Shown here: positions 63,991 through 64,000 of the stretch, in pieces
Layout: every line of letters starts with the position of its first letter
How positions within the stretch are numbered: position 1 is the first letter of the stretch
Assembly: GCF_036321535.1 (NCBI RefSeq)
Contig: NC_087449.1
Coordinates: 23,932,001-23,996,000 of the forward strand
Reading direction: 5' to 3'
DNA: 64,000 bases
Origin: Camelus dromedarius
Lineage: Eukaryota
Notes under the pieces: model-generated
Told to the model about the DNA's origin: nothing
What the model saw: the letters and a program-made list of their open reading frames with translations, nothing else
Database searches by the model: none
Program-made: the position numbers and the translations under genes

Positions 63991-64000
63991 AGAGGTTTGG

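Noticed and set aside
1-64000. CRISPR arrays, operons, rRNA/snoRNA genes, processed pseudogenes
   Set aside because: None seen. The sequence is a mammalian intron/intergenic repeat landscape with no regularly spaced direct repeats and no recognisable retrocopy.

Overview
Mammalian genomic DNA, most likely a camelid (Camelus or Vicugna), judged from a camelid-type tRNA-derived SINE at 2114-2248. The only protein-coding sequence I can support is coding exon 1 of ROR1 on the minus strand (46094->46004). It encodes the signal peptide MHRPRRRGARPPLLELLAVLLLAARGAAAQ, ends at a phase-1 AAG|GTAAGA donor, and lies in a CpG island (~45.4-46.8 kb) with a CCAAT box and a CTCF-like motif upstream. Positions 1-46003 are the 5' part of the very large ROR1 intron 1: rich in MIR, L2 and hAT elements, with a few L1 insertions. 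Positions ~46.8-64 kb are upstream flank, including ~10 kb of nested L1/ERVL/MaLR. There are six N gaps. I see no prokaryotic features, no CRISPR array and no true RNA gene, and I cannot support a wholly new biological system. The best leads are (1) a 616-bp element that joins an L1 5'UTR directly to an L1 3'UTR between perfect 12-bp TSDs, a candidate non-autonomous or spliced mini-L1; and (2) the ROR1 5'UTR (GCC)8 repeat just before the start codon, preceded by a candidate start codon in each of the three frames (AUG poly-Arg, CUG poly-Ala, GUG poly-Pro). Repeat family names come from recalled consensus sequences and their boundaries are approximate unless TSDs are given.
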